Notes: a model not told the origin generated them from the letters alone. Positions 1 through 12,907 are shown, counted from the whole stretch's first letter. The stretch is DNA of 63,451 nucleotides, filler included, from Octopus bimaculoides (GCF_001194135.2; 5 parts of 5 records of this genome joined end to end with filler, not necessarily neighbours in it); one strand, 5' to 3'. Numbers and translations are program-made.

Positions 1-296
1 TTCTACTATAGCCTCGGGCCGACCAAAGCCTTGTGAGTGGATTTGGTAGATGGAAACTGAAAGAAGCCTGTCGTATGTATGTATATATATGTTTGTGTGT
101 CTGTGTTTGTCCCCCTAGCATTGCTTGACAAACGATGCTGGTGTGTTTATGTCCCCGTCACTTAGCGGTTCGGCAAAAGAGACCGATAGAATAAGTACTA
201 GGCTTACAAAGAATAAGTCCTGGGATTGATTTGCTCGACTAAAGGTGGTGCTCCAGCATGGCCGCAGTCAAATGACTGAAACGAGTAAAAGAGTAT
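1..296 (+). mobile_element. tRNA-derived SINE, family A (cut by window start)
   Basis: Matches the full copies at 7729, 13177 and 44061 (…gcctcgggccgaccaaagccttgtgagtggatttggtag…; tail …atgactgaaacgagtaaaagagta). Confidence 0.85.
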
Positions 297-624
297 ATGT
301 TTTGTCTCATTCTATCCCCTGACTCCAATGTTTGTTATGTCTGTCCTCATATCGTCCCCTCTTTTTCCCAACCTTATATGGTTAATAAAGAAATTTTTTT
401 TTATTATTAATGTTGGTGTGGAGAACAATATTAATGGATAAAGATTGGCTAAGAACTGAGATAGTTGTGGGTAGTAAGAGGGAAATAAGTGGTATTGGGA
501 TGATTGGGGGGGAGCTGCAAGAGATGATATAGTGTGGGGGGGAAGGATAACATGAGGGCAGGGATTGAGTGACTGATACATACACACACACACACACACA
601 TAGATATGTATGTATGTATGTATG

Positions 625-679
<55 letters not shown>

Positions 680-865
680 TGTCTTTGTCCTCCGACAAAT
701 GCTTGACAATGGGAGTTGTTATATTTACATCCTTGTAACCTAGCAGTTCTGCAAAAGAGACTGATAAAGTAAATACAAGACTTAAAATATAAGTACTGGA
801 TCTGAATATAACATGTAAGGTTTTCCATTGTGTAATCTCTGTTGTTTTTTAAGTATCCTCTATAA

Positions 866-891
866 TTTCTACTATTTCTCTCTTATTTCAG
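866..891 (+). promoter_or_regulatory. Probable splice acceptor of the ZNF1 coding exon
   Basis: Polypyrimidine tract ending …ctcttatttcAG just before the gap (893-1607) that precedes the + strand finger array. Confidence 0.55.
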
Positions 892-1609
892 ANNNNNNNN
901 NNNNNNNNNNNNNNNNNNNNNNNNNNNNNNNNNNNNNNNNNNNNNNNNNNNNNNNNNNNNNNNNNNNNNNNNNNNNNNNNNNNNNNNNNNNNNNNNNNNN
1001 NNNNNNNNNNNNNNNNNNNNNNNNNNNNNNNNNNNNNNNNNNNNNNNNNNNNNNNNNNNNNNNNNNNNNNNNNNNNNNNNNNNNNNNNNNNNNNNNNNNN
1101 NNNNNNNNNNNNNNNNNNNNNNNNNNNNNNNNNNNNNNNNNNNNNNNNNNNNNNNNNNNNNNNNNNNNNNNNNNNNNNNNNNNNNNNNNNNNNNNNNNNN
1201 NNNNNNNNNNNNNNNNNNNNNNNNNNNNNNNNNNNNNNNNNNNNNNNNNNNNNNNNNNNNNNNNNNNNNNNNNNNNNNNNNNNNNNNNNNNNNNNNNNNN
1301 NNNNNNNNNNNNNNNNNNNNNNNNNNNNNNNNNNNNNNNNNNNNNNNNNNNNNNNNNNNNNNNNNNNNNNNNNNNNNNNNNNNNNNNNNNNNNNNNNNNN
1401 NNNNNNNNNNNNNNNNNNNNNNNNNNNNNNNNNNNNNNNNNNNNNNNNNNNNNNNNNNNNNNNNNNNNNNNNNNNNNNNNNNNNNNNNNNNNNNNNNNNN
1501 NNNNNNNNNNNNNNNNNNNNNNNNNNNNNNNNNNNNNNNNNNNNNNNNNNNNNNNNNNNNNNNNNNNNNNNNNNNNNNNNNNNNNNNNNNNNNNNNNNNN
1601 NNNNNNNAT

Positions 1610-3130
1610 ACAGGAGAGAGACCATATCAGTGTGTTATCTGTGGTCAGTCATTCTCTGAAGCAAGTATCTTAACTAAACACAAACACATTCATACAGGAG
1701 AGAGGCCATATCATTGTGATTTTTGTGGTAAATCATTCTCTCGAAATGAAGGCTTAACTGCACATAAGCGTATTCATACAGGAGAGAGACCATATCAGTG
1801 TGTTATCTGTAGTAAGTCATTCTCTCGAAAGGATTGCTTAAACAAACACAAATACATTCATACAAGAAAGATATTATATCACTGTGATATCTGTGACAAA
1901 TCATTTTCTGAAAATCATGTCTTCATGAAACACAAGCATATTCATACAGAGAATAAGATATATCGTTGTGATACTTTTGATAAATCATTCTCTCAAAATG
2001 AGGATTTGACTGCACACAAGCGCATTCATACTAAGGAGAAACCTTATCAGTGTGTTATCTGTGGTCATTCATTTTATGATGGAAGTACCTTAACTAAACA
2101 CAAACGTACTCACACTGGAGAGAAGCCATTTCGTTGTGTTATCTGTGGTCGGTCATTCTCTGAAGGAAGTAGTTTGACTAAACACAAACGTATTCATACA
2201 GGAGAGAAACCTTATGAGTGTGACATCTGTGATAAGTCATTTTCTCAATCTCATCACTTAACTAGTCACAGACGTATTCATACAGGCAAGAAATCCTACT
2301 TTTGTGAAATTTGTGGTAAGTCATTCTCTCAAAATGAAGGCTTAACTGCACATAAGCGTATTCATACAGGAGAGAGACCATATCAGTGTGTTATCTGCGG
2401 TCAGTCATTCTCTAAAGGATGTACCTTAACTAAACACAAACGTATTCACACTGGAGAGAAACCTTATCATTGTGGTATCTGTGGTAAATCATTCTCGCAT
2501 TCTGATCATTTATCTAAACATAAACACATTCATACAGGAGAAAAACCTTTTCAGTGTGATATCTGTAGTAGATCATTCTCTCGAAAGGATCATTTAAATA
2601 GACACAAATACATTCATACAAAAGAGAAGTCCTATCACTGTGATATCTGTGATAAATCATTCAATGAAAATCATGTCTTCATGAAGCACAAACATATTCA
2701 TCCAGGGAATAAGATATATCGCTGTAATACCTGTGATAAATCATTCTCTCATACTGATGATTTGAATGCACACAAGCGCATTCATACTAAGGAGAAATCT
2801 TATCAGTGTGTTGTCTGTGGTCAATTATTCTCTGACCGAAGTACTTTAACTAAACACAAACGTATTCACACTGGAGAGAAACCTTATCACTGTGATATCT
2901 GTGGTACGTCATTCTCTCGATCTGATCACTTAACTAAACATAAATGCATTCATACAGGAGAGAAACCTTATGAATGTGATTTCTGTGGCAAATCATTCTC
3001 TCGAAATGATCACTTAAGTGCACACAAATACATTCATACAAGGGAGAAGCCATATCATTGTGATATCTGTGATAAATCATTCAATGAAAATGAGGTCTTA
3101 ATGAAACACAAACGTACTCATATAGAGTAG
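1610..3130 (+). CDS. C2H2 zinc-finger array protein ZNF1 (5' end hidden in gap; 18 visible fingers)
   Basis: Frame is open from the gap edge (ACA at 1610, in frame with ORF 1925-3130). First Cys codons recur every 84 nt from 1631 to 3059 with TGEKPY-type linkers. One finger has C->F (CDTF). Confidence 0.93.
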   Translation, partial: TGERPYQCVICGQSFSEASILTKHKHIHTGERPYHCDFCGKSFSRNEGLTAHKRIHTGERPYQCVICSKSFSRKDCLNKHKYIHTRKILYHCDICDKSFSENHVFMKHKHIHTENKIYRCDTFDKSFSQNEDLTAHKRIHTKEKPYQCVICGHSFYDGSTLTKHKRTHTGEKPFRCVICGRSFSEGSSLTKHKRIHTGEKPYECDICDKSFSQSHHLTSHRRIHTGKKSYFCEICGKSFSQNEGLTAHKRIHTGERPYQCVICGQSFSKGCTLTKHKRIHTGEKPYHCGICGKSFSHSDHLSKHKHIHTGEKPFQCDICSRSFSRKDHLNRHKYIHTKEKSYHCDICDKSFNENHVFMKHKHIHPGNKIYRCNTCDKSFSHTDDLNAHKRIHTKEKSYQCVVCGQLFSDRSTLTKHKRIHTGEKPYHCDICGTSFSRSDHLTKHKCIHTGEKPYECDFCGKSFSRNDHLSAHKYIHTREKPYHCDICDKSFNENEVLMKHKRTHIE

Positions 3131-3531
<401 letters not shown>

Positions 3532-3729
3532 TATTATAAGCGTTTCAGTGAAAGAAATATTTTAGTAGCAATAAATGTATTCCCAAAGCTAAGAAAATCT
3601 AACACTGTCTGTAACAACCTTACTAACAAAATGTTAATAAAAATAAATCTCCAATAGTTCATGTCTTGTTTTATGCTTAGAACGAGTAATATTTTCCAGC
3701 CTGTTATATTTGAATATGGTAACATGGTT

Positions 3730-4290
3730 CCTCAGACAATTGTTCTCTTGCAGTTTTATGTTGAAGCAAATACTGTGCTACATATTCTGATATGTTCTTC
3801 CAAAAGTCTTTGACGGTGTTCATGGCACCTTCTAGCATGCACTTACCAATATTGTTCCCTTTGTCTCTAATATAGTGTATGTCTTGTAACATGACAAATT
3901 GATAGAGACTTTCCTTGGATGAAATACCAGAGCCCCAAAACTGTTTTACAACAGACATACACTAAGTGTGTGGCCTCATTCCCCATCGAAGTTAGCTGCC
4001 GAGGCTTTCCAGTTGCATCTGTGCACTATTTCCTGCAGAAAATAAGCCTGGAACCACGAGAAATGAAGAAAGCCATCAAGAAATAGGCACAGCAGTTGAA
4101 ACTAGCTCTAGATGGTTATGGTTGAGAAGAGAGGGCAAGTGGAACCTTTCCATAGGTGAAGACTAGCTCAGTCCTCACTACTCCACTCAGGTGAAGTGTA
4201 CAAGCTAAAGGTTGAAACACTTGTTACACTGAGATACCTGGTGATGACACAGAAGGGTTTTTCAGCATTGCATTGGATTTTTAAGGGGTT
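3730..4290 (+). mobile_element. Non-LTR retrotransposon 3' remnant, HERO-like RLE clade
   Basis: Degenerate zinc knuckle (TVLHILICSSKSL*RCSWH), then FPIEVSCRGF…KAIK, resembling the HERO P.EVGCRGF motif. 3' UTR hairpin AAGTGT/ACACTT at 4194-4222. Confidence 0.6.
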
Positions 4291-4407
4291 GCAAAATTTC
4301 TGAGTAGCTCCTGCAGTTTCTGCATGGGGAAAAGCATCTCTGATGTTTATCTTGCAAATGTGACATCAACAGTCGTTACAGTTCTATATTTAAGAGATGA
4401 GGAATTA

Positions 4408-4615
4408 TTTACATTATTTACATTTGACGGATATTTGTCCTCATCTTGTTTGTTGTTAACACAACGTTTCGGCTGATATACCCTCCAGCCTTCGTCAGGT
4501 GTCAGGTTCGAAATTTCCCCAAGACACCTGACGAAGGCTGGAGGGTATATCAGCCGAAACGTGTTAACAACAAACAAGATGAGGACAAATATCCGTCAAA
4601 TGTAAATAATGTAAA
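4408..4615. mobile_element. Palindromic miniature element built from two inverted Penelope-like termini
   Basis: Arms 4408-4503 and 4523-4615 are reverse complements apart from a 3-nt indel, with a 19-nt loop. Each arm carries CTGACGAA-GGCTG…CAGCC-GAAAC. Confidence 0.85.
4458..4503 (-). ncRNA. Minimal type I hammerhead ribozyme candidate
   Basis: Minus strand reads GACAC-CUGACGA-A-GGCUG(GAGGGUAUAU)CAGCC-GAA-ACGU-U-GUGUU. Stem I is GACAC/GUGUU, stem II has 5 bp, stem III is palindromic ACGU, and the triplet is GUU. Confidence 0.65.
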
Positions 4616-4619
4616 CAGT

Positions 4620-6450
4620 GGTTACATTATTCATCATCATTGATAATGGGTTCAGAAAGCTCAGTGAGTGGAAAGAGGAGCCCAGTTGAGTGAGGAATGA
4701 ATCAACGTTAGAAGTTAAGTAAGCCAAGGAAATGGCATAACTAGAGAAGGGAAGTTGGAGAAGGAATGTCTTCAATAGCTCGCACTTTGGTAGAGGTCGA
4801 ATGCCACCTTTGTTAATGAAGAATTCAAATGAGCCAAATGGGGTTGCTACTGCTGTCTTCAGAATGTCTTCAAAATGGACTGGAATCTTTATGAGGTCGA
4901 GCTTGGAAAACACAGTACAGCTGTGCAGTGACGAAGCGAAATCGTGGATGTGAGGAATTGGATACCTATCAGGAGTAGTGATAGTGCTGAGATGCCGATA
5001 ATCACCAGAGTTCTTGGGAACCATGTGAAGAGGAAAAGCCCATTGGTTTGTGGAATGGCTGATGATTCCTAGCTGCAGCATGAGATTGAACTTAGCTTTT
5101 GCTGCTTTTAATTTTTCCGGAGGTAGATGATGAGGACAGGAAAAAACTGGCACACCATTTGTTGAGATAAAATGTTCCATAGACTGAGCAGGAGTATTCA
5201 CTTAGAAATTCAGGTTGATGAGCACCAGGAAAGAGTTTAAAATCACTTGGTCTCCTGTCGCTGCGATAAAGATTACTTGGCTGACCGACTGATACCTGAC
5301 TTTCATCGAAAGATAGCCAGATCTGTATTGTTGTCCTGCAGCCGCTGTTTACAAACATCATCCAGGAAAGAGTAGTAATGGAGGAAATCAACACCAAGAA
5401 TTGGGTAAGGCAGGTCGACAATGATGAAAATCCATTTGAAATCTCTTCGCAGGGCCAAATGCAATAAAAAAAGATTTGGCTGTATGTCTGTATTGGCAAA
5501 CAATTTACAGCTTACAGGGTAATTGGAGAAAGAGGAGGTTTATCCCTGTTGAAATTCACTGGCCAAATACTGCATGCAGCACCAGAATTAATAAGAAAAG
5601 GGCTTGTGCACGATTATGTAGGGACGAACTTGGAGCAGCTGTCATGTTCAGTTTCCTATTGTAGCATTTCCCTGATTCGAGTAAGAACACTGTTGATTAC
5701 ACTTTTGAGCAGCAGTGCCAATACGTCTTGTACCGGCAATGCATTGACAAAAAGGCAGGAGAGGAAGAACATTGTCTGGGAGAGGATGAACTACTAAATG
5801 ATCTTCGACGTGGAGAAGAATTCCATGAAACACGTAAGAGTTTACCTTCTATGGTTAACTCCAGAATGGCCTGTAGTGTTGCCAATTGCATCGAACTATG
5901 CTCTGACAAGACAGGTGCTACTGAAGATGAAGAAGAAGAAATAGTAGCAGGTAGCAGGGCAGATGTGGTAGCAACACTTTTTGCCAATGCAGTTCAATGT
6001 CCAGTCAGCAGAGGAAGCCAACCGGTCCACAATACTGACCACTGTCATTGAGGCGAGGATGACCTGCACATTTAATGGCAAACAGGAGAAGAAAAGCTGC
6101 TTAACCATGGCATTGTCAGCGGATGCGCTGTCAGCTCCTGCATCTGACGAAGGTGTTGAGTTGGCATTCTGTCACCCGAGTGCTCCTCATTTACCAAGAT
6201 GTGAAAACATTTTTCCATGAAAAGCAATGTCTGTCAGAGAATCTCACTCTTGAGTGAGTAGTACAAAGCATTGCGAGGTGGATCTGTGATGAAATCCTTC
6301 AAATTTGGTGTAAGTGAGGCAGGAATAGCACTCAGCAACACGTGTAATTGTTGTTGTTCCAAGGAAATCTTAGCTATGAAATGCGCCTCAATTTGCACAA
6401 ACCAAACTCTTACTCACCACGGGCAACATGGAGTGACTCATGCCGGCCAC
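4620..6450 (-). mobile_element. Degenerate Ty3/Gypsy LTR retrotransposon (gag-protease-RT fragments)
   Basis: RT N-terminus (PEKLKAAK…LGII…[10 protein letters not shown]…GDYR…[12 protein letters not shown]…FSKLDL…KTAVATPFG), protease-adjacent PILGVDFL, and gag-like FITDPP…LKSEI. Many stops and frameshifts; YxDD region missing. Confidence 0.88.
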
Positions 6451-7728
6451 CAGTCAGGAACAATATGATAGGAATGCAACACCAAGAAAGAAGTCCCAAA
6501 AAGCACGTGTTAGTGAAATGTATCGGGCACTGGTCTCAGAAAAGAAATCACAAGTGTGGCAAAAAAAGAAAAAAGAATTAGTGCTCATTTTTTTTTTTTC
6601 TAGCTGCATTACAGTTGCTTGTATTGACTTATGGTCTGAGCAGGAGGTACTGCTGCAAGTCAGAAAAGCTACTTTTGTTATTGCATTGTAGCACAGTTGT
6701 GCTATGTCAACTCCAGCCAATCAGGGCTGGGCACGTATTAATAGCAAAAGCAGTTCTCTGCCCAGGACGTTTTAACCAGTTAACAAAAGCAGAAGACCAC
6801 CAACATTGGTTGTGAAGCATGGGAAGAGCCCTTTTGTTTTCCACGCCAACTTCATGCTGCTAGCTCTGAATTATATCAGCCCTCGACTCTGGCCACATCA
6901 TGAACAGCCTGTTTCATTTATGCTAACTTCGCCCTATGAAATTCTAAATAACATCAGCTCTCGACTCTGGTCATATTGTGAGCAGTATATTTTCGTTTAC
7001 GCTAGCTCCATTTCTGTTAGCCTATAATGACTTCCAAATGAATCCATATTTTAAACGTAAGTTATAAAGCTTTCTCTGACACATACACATAGACAGGCTA
7101 TGCTCATATTACTTGTCAGCTCTCGTTAGCCTTTCCTAATTTAAAATATTTTGTATAAAAAATGCCTTCTGATATTTTTATTACACACGTTTCTCAAAAG
7201 CTCACTTACAGGACCTCTCAATGAACACTATCACTAGAGTGGTGACCCTTTACTAACATTTTCTCTATAAAACAATAGAAAAGACAGTAATTCCTTCACA
7301 ATGCGCAGAATCCATCTCTGCTTTTGAGGTTACATCCTCTTAATATTTCTCTTTACAAATCACAACAAACTAACTGTTTTCTATGCCTATCTAAGTTGTG
7401 ACAAGATCGCATTAGTATTTAGTATCAGGTTACATATATATATTTGAAATCAAGAAACACTACAAAGAAATACTTGCTGTACGTTGCCACCATAGCAAAA
7501 TTAGTGTTATAAATGGCAGGATGTTGAGAAAAAAAGGGTTCTAACAAGAGTTATTCACCTTAAATAGATACGTATAAATGTAGATTTCACGTCCTTTGTT
7601 AATCTCTCGATATTAGGGTGTTTCAATTATCCTTTCCCCGACTACCACAACACACGGCTGTAATAATATCTCGGTTAATGTTTACTTTAACTCCCAGTCA
7701 CCAAAACTAAACAAAAAACAAGTGTAAT

Positions 7729-8107
7729 AGGTGTAAAAAGTTGTGTGGTAAGTAGCTTGCTTACTAACCACATGGTCCCGGGTTCAGTCCCACTGCGTGG
7801 CATCTTGGGCAAGTGTCTTCTACTATAGCCTCGGGCCAACCAAAGCCTTGTGAGTGGATTTGGTAGACGGAAACTGAAAGAAGCCCGTCGTATATATGTA
7901 TGTGTTTGTGTGTCTGTGTTTGTCCCCCCAACATCGCTTGACAACTGATGCTGGTGTGTTTACGTCCCCGTCACTTAGCGGTTCGGCAAAAGTGACCGAT
8001 AGAATAAGTACTAGGCTTCTAAAGAATAAGTCCTGGGGTCGATTTGCTCGACTAAAGGCGGTGCTCCAGCATGGCCACAGTCAAAAGACTGAAACAAGTA
8101 AAAGAGT
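7729..8107 (+). mobile_element. tRNA-derived SINE family A, full length
   Basis: tRNA-like head with B-box-like GGTTCAGTCCC, CORE-like cttgggcaagtgtctt, internal TA/TG tract and conserved tail. Confidence 0.9.
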
Positions 8108-8650
8108 ATTAAACGAATAAGAAAACAAAACTTTGCGCAAACGACTGGGATGTGCAGAGAGGACTCTCGGAAAATTCACAAGATCCAATTTTTTCCCTCA
8201 TAACTCTTTGGAGAGGGGGAGGGGTATTTGTGGAGTTGATCCCATATTAGATAATAGAAGGTTATAGTGAAGTACAAAGACAGAAACAGGTGTCTTGCTG
8301 TGGAGGAGGTACAAAGTACACACACACAAATGGGGGGGGGTGTCTATATATCTCCCACCACTGCTTGACAAGCAGTGTTGGTTTGTTTATGTTCGCATAG
8401 CATAGCAATTCAGTAAAAGGGACAGGTAAAATAAGTACGAAGCTTAAAAAAAAACACAAATACTGGGGTTGATTCATTTGGCTAAAATTCCTGAAGGCAG
8501 TGCCCCAGCATGGCAATAGTCTAAGGCAGTGGCTCCAAAAGTGGGCAATATTGCACCCCCACCCCCTGGGTGCAGTAAAAATTTCCAAGGTGTTGAAGAA
8601 AAGTGGGGCGATAGTGGGGGTAGCAAATCATGTAATATGTGGGGTGATAG

Positions 8651-8885
8651 GAGGATAGCTGCGTGAAAAAGTGCCACACCCTAACAGTTGAGGGAACCCG
8701 TGGAAGAGGTAGGCCCAGGAAGACCTGGGCTGAGGTGGTGAGGCAAGACCTTCGTACATTGGGCCTCACCGAGGCGATGACTACTGACTGAGACCTTTGG
8801 AAATGTGCTGTGCGTGAGAAGACCCGGCAAGCCAAGTAAGATCGTTGCCAGTGCCCCTGGACTGGTTCTTGTGCGGGTGGCACAT
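8651..8885 (+). mobile_element. RTE-clade LINE 3' end
   Basis: Translates to …VEGTRGRGRPRKTWAEVVRQDLRTLGLTEAMTTD*DLWKCAVREKTRQAK* (8651-8839), a typical RTE C-terminus. Confidence 0.85.
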
Positions 8886-10564
8886 NNNNNNNNNNNNNNN
8901 NNNNNNNNNNNNNNNNNNNNNNNNNNNNNNNNNNNNNNNNNNNNNNNNNNNNNNNNNNNNNNNNNNNNNNNNNNNNNNNNNNNNNNNNNNNNNNNNNNNN
9001 NNNNNNNNNNNNNNNNNNNNNNNNNNNNNNNNNNNNNNNNNNNNNNNNNNNNNNNNNNNNNNNNNNNNNNNNNNNNNNNNNNNNNNNNNNNNNNNNNNNN
9101 NNNNNNNNNNNNNNNNNNNNNNNNNNNNNNNNNNNNNNNNNNNNNNNNNNNNNNNNNNNNNNNNNNNNNNNNNNNNNNNNNNNNNNNNNNNNNNNNNNNN
9201 NNNNNNNNNNNNNNNNNNNNNNNNNNNNNNNNNNNNNNNNNNNNNNNNNNNNNNNNNNNNNNNNNNNNNNNNNNNNNNNNNNNNNNNNNNNNNNNNNNNN
9301 NNNNNNNNNNNNNNNNNNNNNNNNNNNNNNNNNNNNNNNNNNNNNNNNNNNNNNNNNNNNNNNNNNNNNNNNNNNNNNNNNNNNNNNNNNNNNNNNNNNN
9401 NNNNNNNNNNNNNNNNNNNNNNNNNNNNNNNNNNNNNNNNNNNNNNNNNNNNNNNNNNNNNNNNNNNNNNNNNNNNNNNNNNNNNNNNNNNNNNNNNNNN
9501 NNNNNNNNNNNNNNNNNNNNNNNNNNNNNNNNNNNNNNNNNNNNNNNNNNNNNNNNNNNNNNNNNNNNNNNNNNNNNNNNNNNNNNNNNNNNNNNNNNNN
9601 NNNNNNNNNNNNNNNNNNNNNNNNNNNNNNNNNNNNNNNNNNNNNNNNNNNNNNNNNNNNNNNNNNNNNNNNNNNNNNNNNNNNNNNNNNNNNNNNNNNN
9701 NNNNNNNNNNNNNNNNNNNNNNNNNNNNNNNNNNNNNNNNNNNNNNNNNNNNNNNNNNNNNNNNNNNNNNNNNNNNNNNNNNNNNNNNNNNNNNNNNNNC
9801 TATCAGCATTAAACAGTTTTATTCATGCAGCTTATCAAAGCCTTTGTTTGGAGGAAGACTTTTACCAAGATCTCCCACAGTGGTACAGGCATTTGTTTTG
9901 TCTGTGTGATAAGGTGCTTGCTTTCCAACCATGTCGTTCCCAGTTGAGTCCCACAGCATGGCACCTGAGTCAAGTGTCTCCTACAATAGCCTCAGTCCAA
10001 CCAAAGCCATGTAAGTTGGTCTGGTAGATGGAAACTGAAAGAAGCTTGTATATATATATCTGTTTGTCCTCCACCACTGCTTGATATTGGATTACTACAG
10101 GAATGTTGTTAACACAAAATCCACAGGATTCATGAAAAGAAAGAAGCAGACCTAACAGAGGTTTGTAAATTGGGTTTTTATATAGTGTAAGAGCGAAGGC
10201 GAAGGGAGATAAGCAAGGACATGCGTCGCATTTCAGTCAATCAAAATACAATCTTTTGTTGATCACTTTAGAAGTATAATCCATGACAAACTTCGATACA
10301 GTTTCCATCCACTCAATTTTACCAACAAGGTATGGATCGACCCAAAGCTGTAGAAAATGACAAATGTTTGACAGACTGCAAAGCCTTTATTTGAAGGAAA
10401 CTTTCAGGTTATGAGTCAATCCTCTTAACCACAAGGCCATTGACATAGGAAATTATCTACATTTGTAAAATCCTTTGTTTTATCAATGAGCAAAATAAAA
10501 ACAATTTGATGGACAAATATGAAGGACTTTATTTAGCACAACCTACATTTTAATGTTCAGTTTT

Positions 10565-11450
10565 CAGTATGAATACGTTTTGCATGTAGTCAAGTTACTT
10601 ATTTAGGAGAAAGATTTACGTCAGATGTCAAAGTGATAAGACTTTTCTCCTGTATAAAAATGTTTGAGTTTAGTTAAGGAAAGTTTTTCAGAGAATAAGT
10701 TACAACAGATATCACAATTTATATGCTTTCTCATCTGTGGGAATACATCTATGTATAAATAGGGTATTTCTGTGAAGTAAAGATTTAGCACAGATTTCAC
10801 AGGAATATGGTTTTTCTCCTGTATGAATACATTTCTGGTTAGTTAATGGTCTTTGAGAGGAACATTTGCCACAGGAATCACAATCAAATGGTTTCTCTCC
10901 TATATGAATATGTTTATGTATAGCTAAAGTAGTTCCGTGAGAGAAAGATTTAGCACAGATTTCAANNNNNNNNNNNNNNNNNNNNNNNNNNNNNNNNNNN
11001 NNNNNNNNNNNNNNNNNNNNNNNNNNNNNNNNNNNNNNNNNNNNNNNNNNNNNNNNNNNNNNNNNNNNNNNNNNNNNNNNNNNNNNNNNNNNNNNNNNNN
11101 NNNNNNNNNNNNNNNNNNNNNNNNNNNNNNNNNNNNNNNNNNNNNNNNNNNNNNNNNNNNNNNNNNNNNNNNNNNTAAAGATTTAGCACAGATTTCACAG
11201 GAATATGGTTTTTCTCCTGTATGAATACATTTCTGGTTAGTTAATGGTCTTTGAGAGGAACATTTGCCACAGGAATCACAATCAAATGGTTTCTCTCCTA
11301 TATGAATATGTTTATGTATAGCTAAAGTAGTTCCGTGAGAGAAAGATTTAGCACAGATTTCAAAGTGATATGGCTTTTCTCTTGTATCAGTGTTTATATT
11401 TAGTTAGGCTACCTATTCCAGAGAATGATTTAACGCAGATACCGTTAAGA
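10565..11450 (-). pseudogene. C2H2 zinc-finger pseudogene
   Basis: Minus-strand fingers such as [27 protein letters not shown] and [26 protein letters not shown], with lost Cys/His ligands, frameshifts and stops. 10778-10965 is duplicated at 11176-11363 across the gap. Confidence 0.85.
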
Positions 11451-11702
11451 GAGATGATATACTACAGGTTTCTCTGTGAAATGATTTGTCTCCTGTACGC
11501 AGCGACATTACAAAAGACTTACCCAATTTGTCACAGTGGGACTAAAACTGGAACCTTGTGGTTGAGAAGGAAACTTCTCAGACACACAGCCATGTCTATA
11601 TCAATGTGAAAAATGGAACAATTTGATCGACAAATATTCAGTTGTAATTTACATTATTTTTCTTATTTACATTATTTTTCTATCATTGATTTACTGATAC
11701 AG

Positions 11703-12470
11703 TTATTTTACTGCATGAATACGTACATGTCTGGTTAAGTTACTTTTTTGAGAGAATGATTTACCACAGACATTACAGTGATATGGTTTCTCCCCTGTAT
11801 GAATACGTTTGTGTCCAGTTAAGTAACTACTACGGCAGAATGACTGACCACAGATACCACAGTGATATGGCTTGTCTCCTGTATGAATACGTTTGTGTCC
11901 AGTTAAGGAACTACTGTGACAGAAAGATTTACCACAGATATCACATTGATATGGATTTTCTCCTGTATGAATACATTTGTGATGAGCTAACTCACCGTTT
12001 TGGGAGAATGATTTACTACAGATATCACAATGGTATGGCTTCTCCCCTGTATGAATACGTTTATGTATAGTTAAGGTATTTCCTTGGGAGAAAGATTTAC
12101 CACAGATTTCACAATGATATGGCTTTTCTCCTGTGTGAATACGTTTGTGTGTAGTTAAGTGATGCCTTCGAGAGAAAGATTCACCACAGATTTCACAGGA
12201 AAATGGTCTCTCTCCAGTATGAATCCGTTTGTGTCTATTTAAGAGTGTACTAAGAGAGAATGATTTACCACAGATATCACAGTGATATGGTTTCTCTCCT
12301 GTATGAATATAGCTGTGTCTAATGAGGTTACATTTTTGAGAAAATATTTTCTTACATATATCACACTCATATGTTATTTTACTTGCTGCTTTCTTTATAT
12401 CTTCTGAGGAATCGATTGTTTTAGATTTTGTTTTAAACTCAACTTTGTTCTCCCACAAATCTTTTTCCAT
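11703..12470 (-). CDS. C2H2 zinc-finger protein ZNF2, 255 aa, 8 intact fingers, single coding exon
   Basis: Complete ORF with a short N-terminal leader (MEKDLWENK…) and eight C-x2-C-x12-H-x3-H fingers with TGE(K/R)PY-type linkers. Confidence 0.95.
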   Translation of the reverse strand: MEKDLWENKVEFKTKSKTIDSSEDIKKAASKITYECDICKKIFSQKCNLIRHSYIHTGEKPYHCDICGKSFSLSTLLNRHKRIHTGERPFSCEICGESFSRRHHLTTHKRIHTGEKPYHCEICGKSFSQGNTLTIHKRIHTGEKPYHCDICSKSFSQNGELAHHKCIHTGENPYQCDICGKSFCHSSSLTGHKRIHTGDKPYHCGICGQSFCRSSYLTGHKRIHTGEKPYHCNVCGKSFSQKSNLTRHVRIHAVK

Positions 12471-12823
12471 AATTATGCTCTTCTCACCAAAATATATAAA
12501 GGTTTATCCCCTTCATGCATGCATGCATGTATGTATGATTTCTATCAAAAATATATATTTCTACTGCTTTATTTCCAACAACTGTGTTTTTTTTACAACG
12601 ATATGGAAATTCTGCAAACACATTTGTAATCCACATTTAATAAGAGGGCAAAATCATCTTGTAAACATTCCACACGATGAAGCTGAGAAATGCTGCTAGT
12701 AATCCCAAAACAGTGTTATATATGTTCCGTGTATAATGTCTTTCTTTAGTCTTTAAACAGCTGACAAATGCTGTTGTTATATCAGGTGTAAAAACTTGTT
12801 TGATGCCAATATCTTCTGATGGA

Positions 12824-12907
12824 CTGAAATCACAGAAAAAAGAACATTGTAAGACAAAGAGGACACTTTAAAAGTAGTAAAACAATCTGTAATCATCATC
12901 AACTTAC
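12824..12907 (-). other. Putative 84-nt 5' UTR intron of ZNF2
   Basis: Minus strand begins GTAAGT and ends …ttcttttttctgtgatttCAG, about 350 nt upstream of the ATG. Confidence 0.65.

Noticed and set aside
4347-4643. Mirror-image ORFs 4347-4577(-) and 4446-4643(+)
   Set aside because: By-product of the palindrome, not genes.
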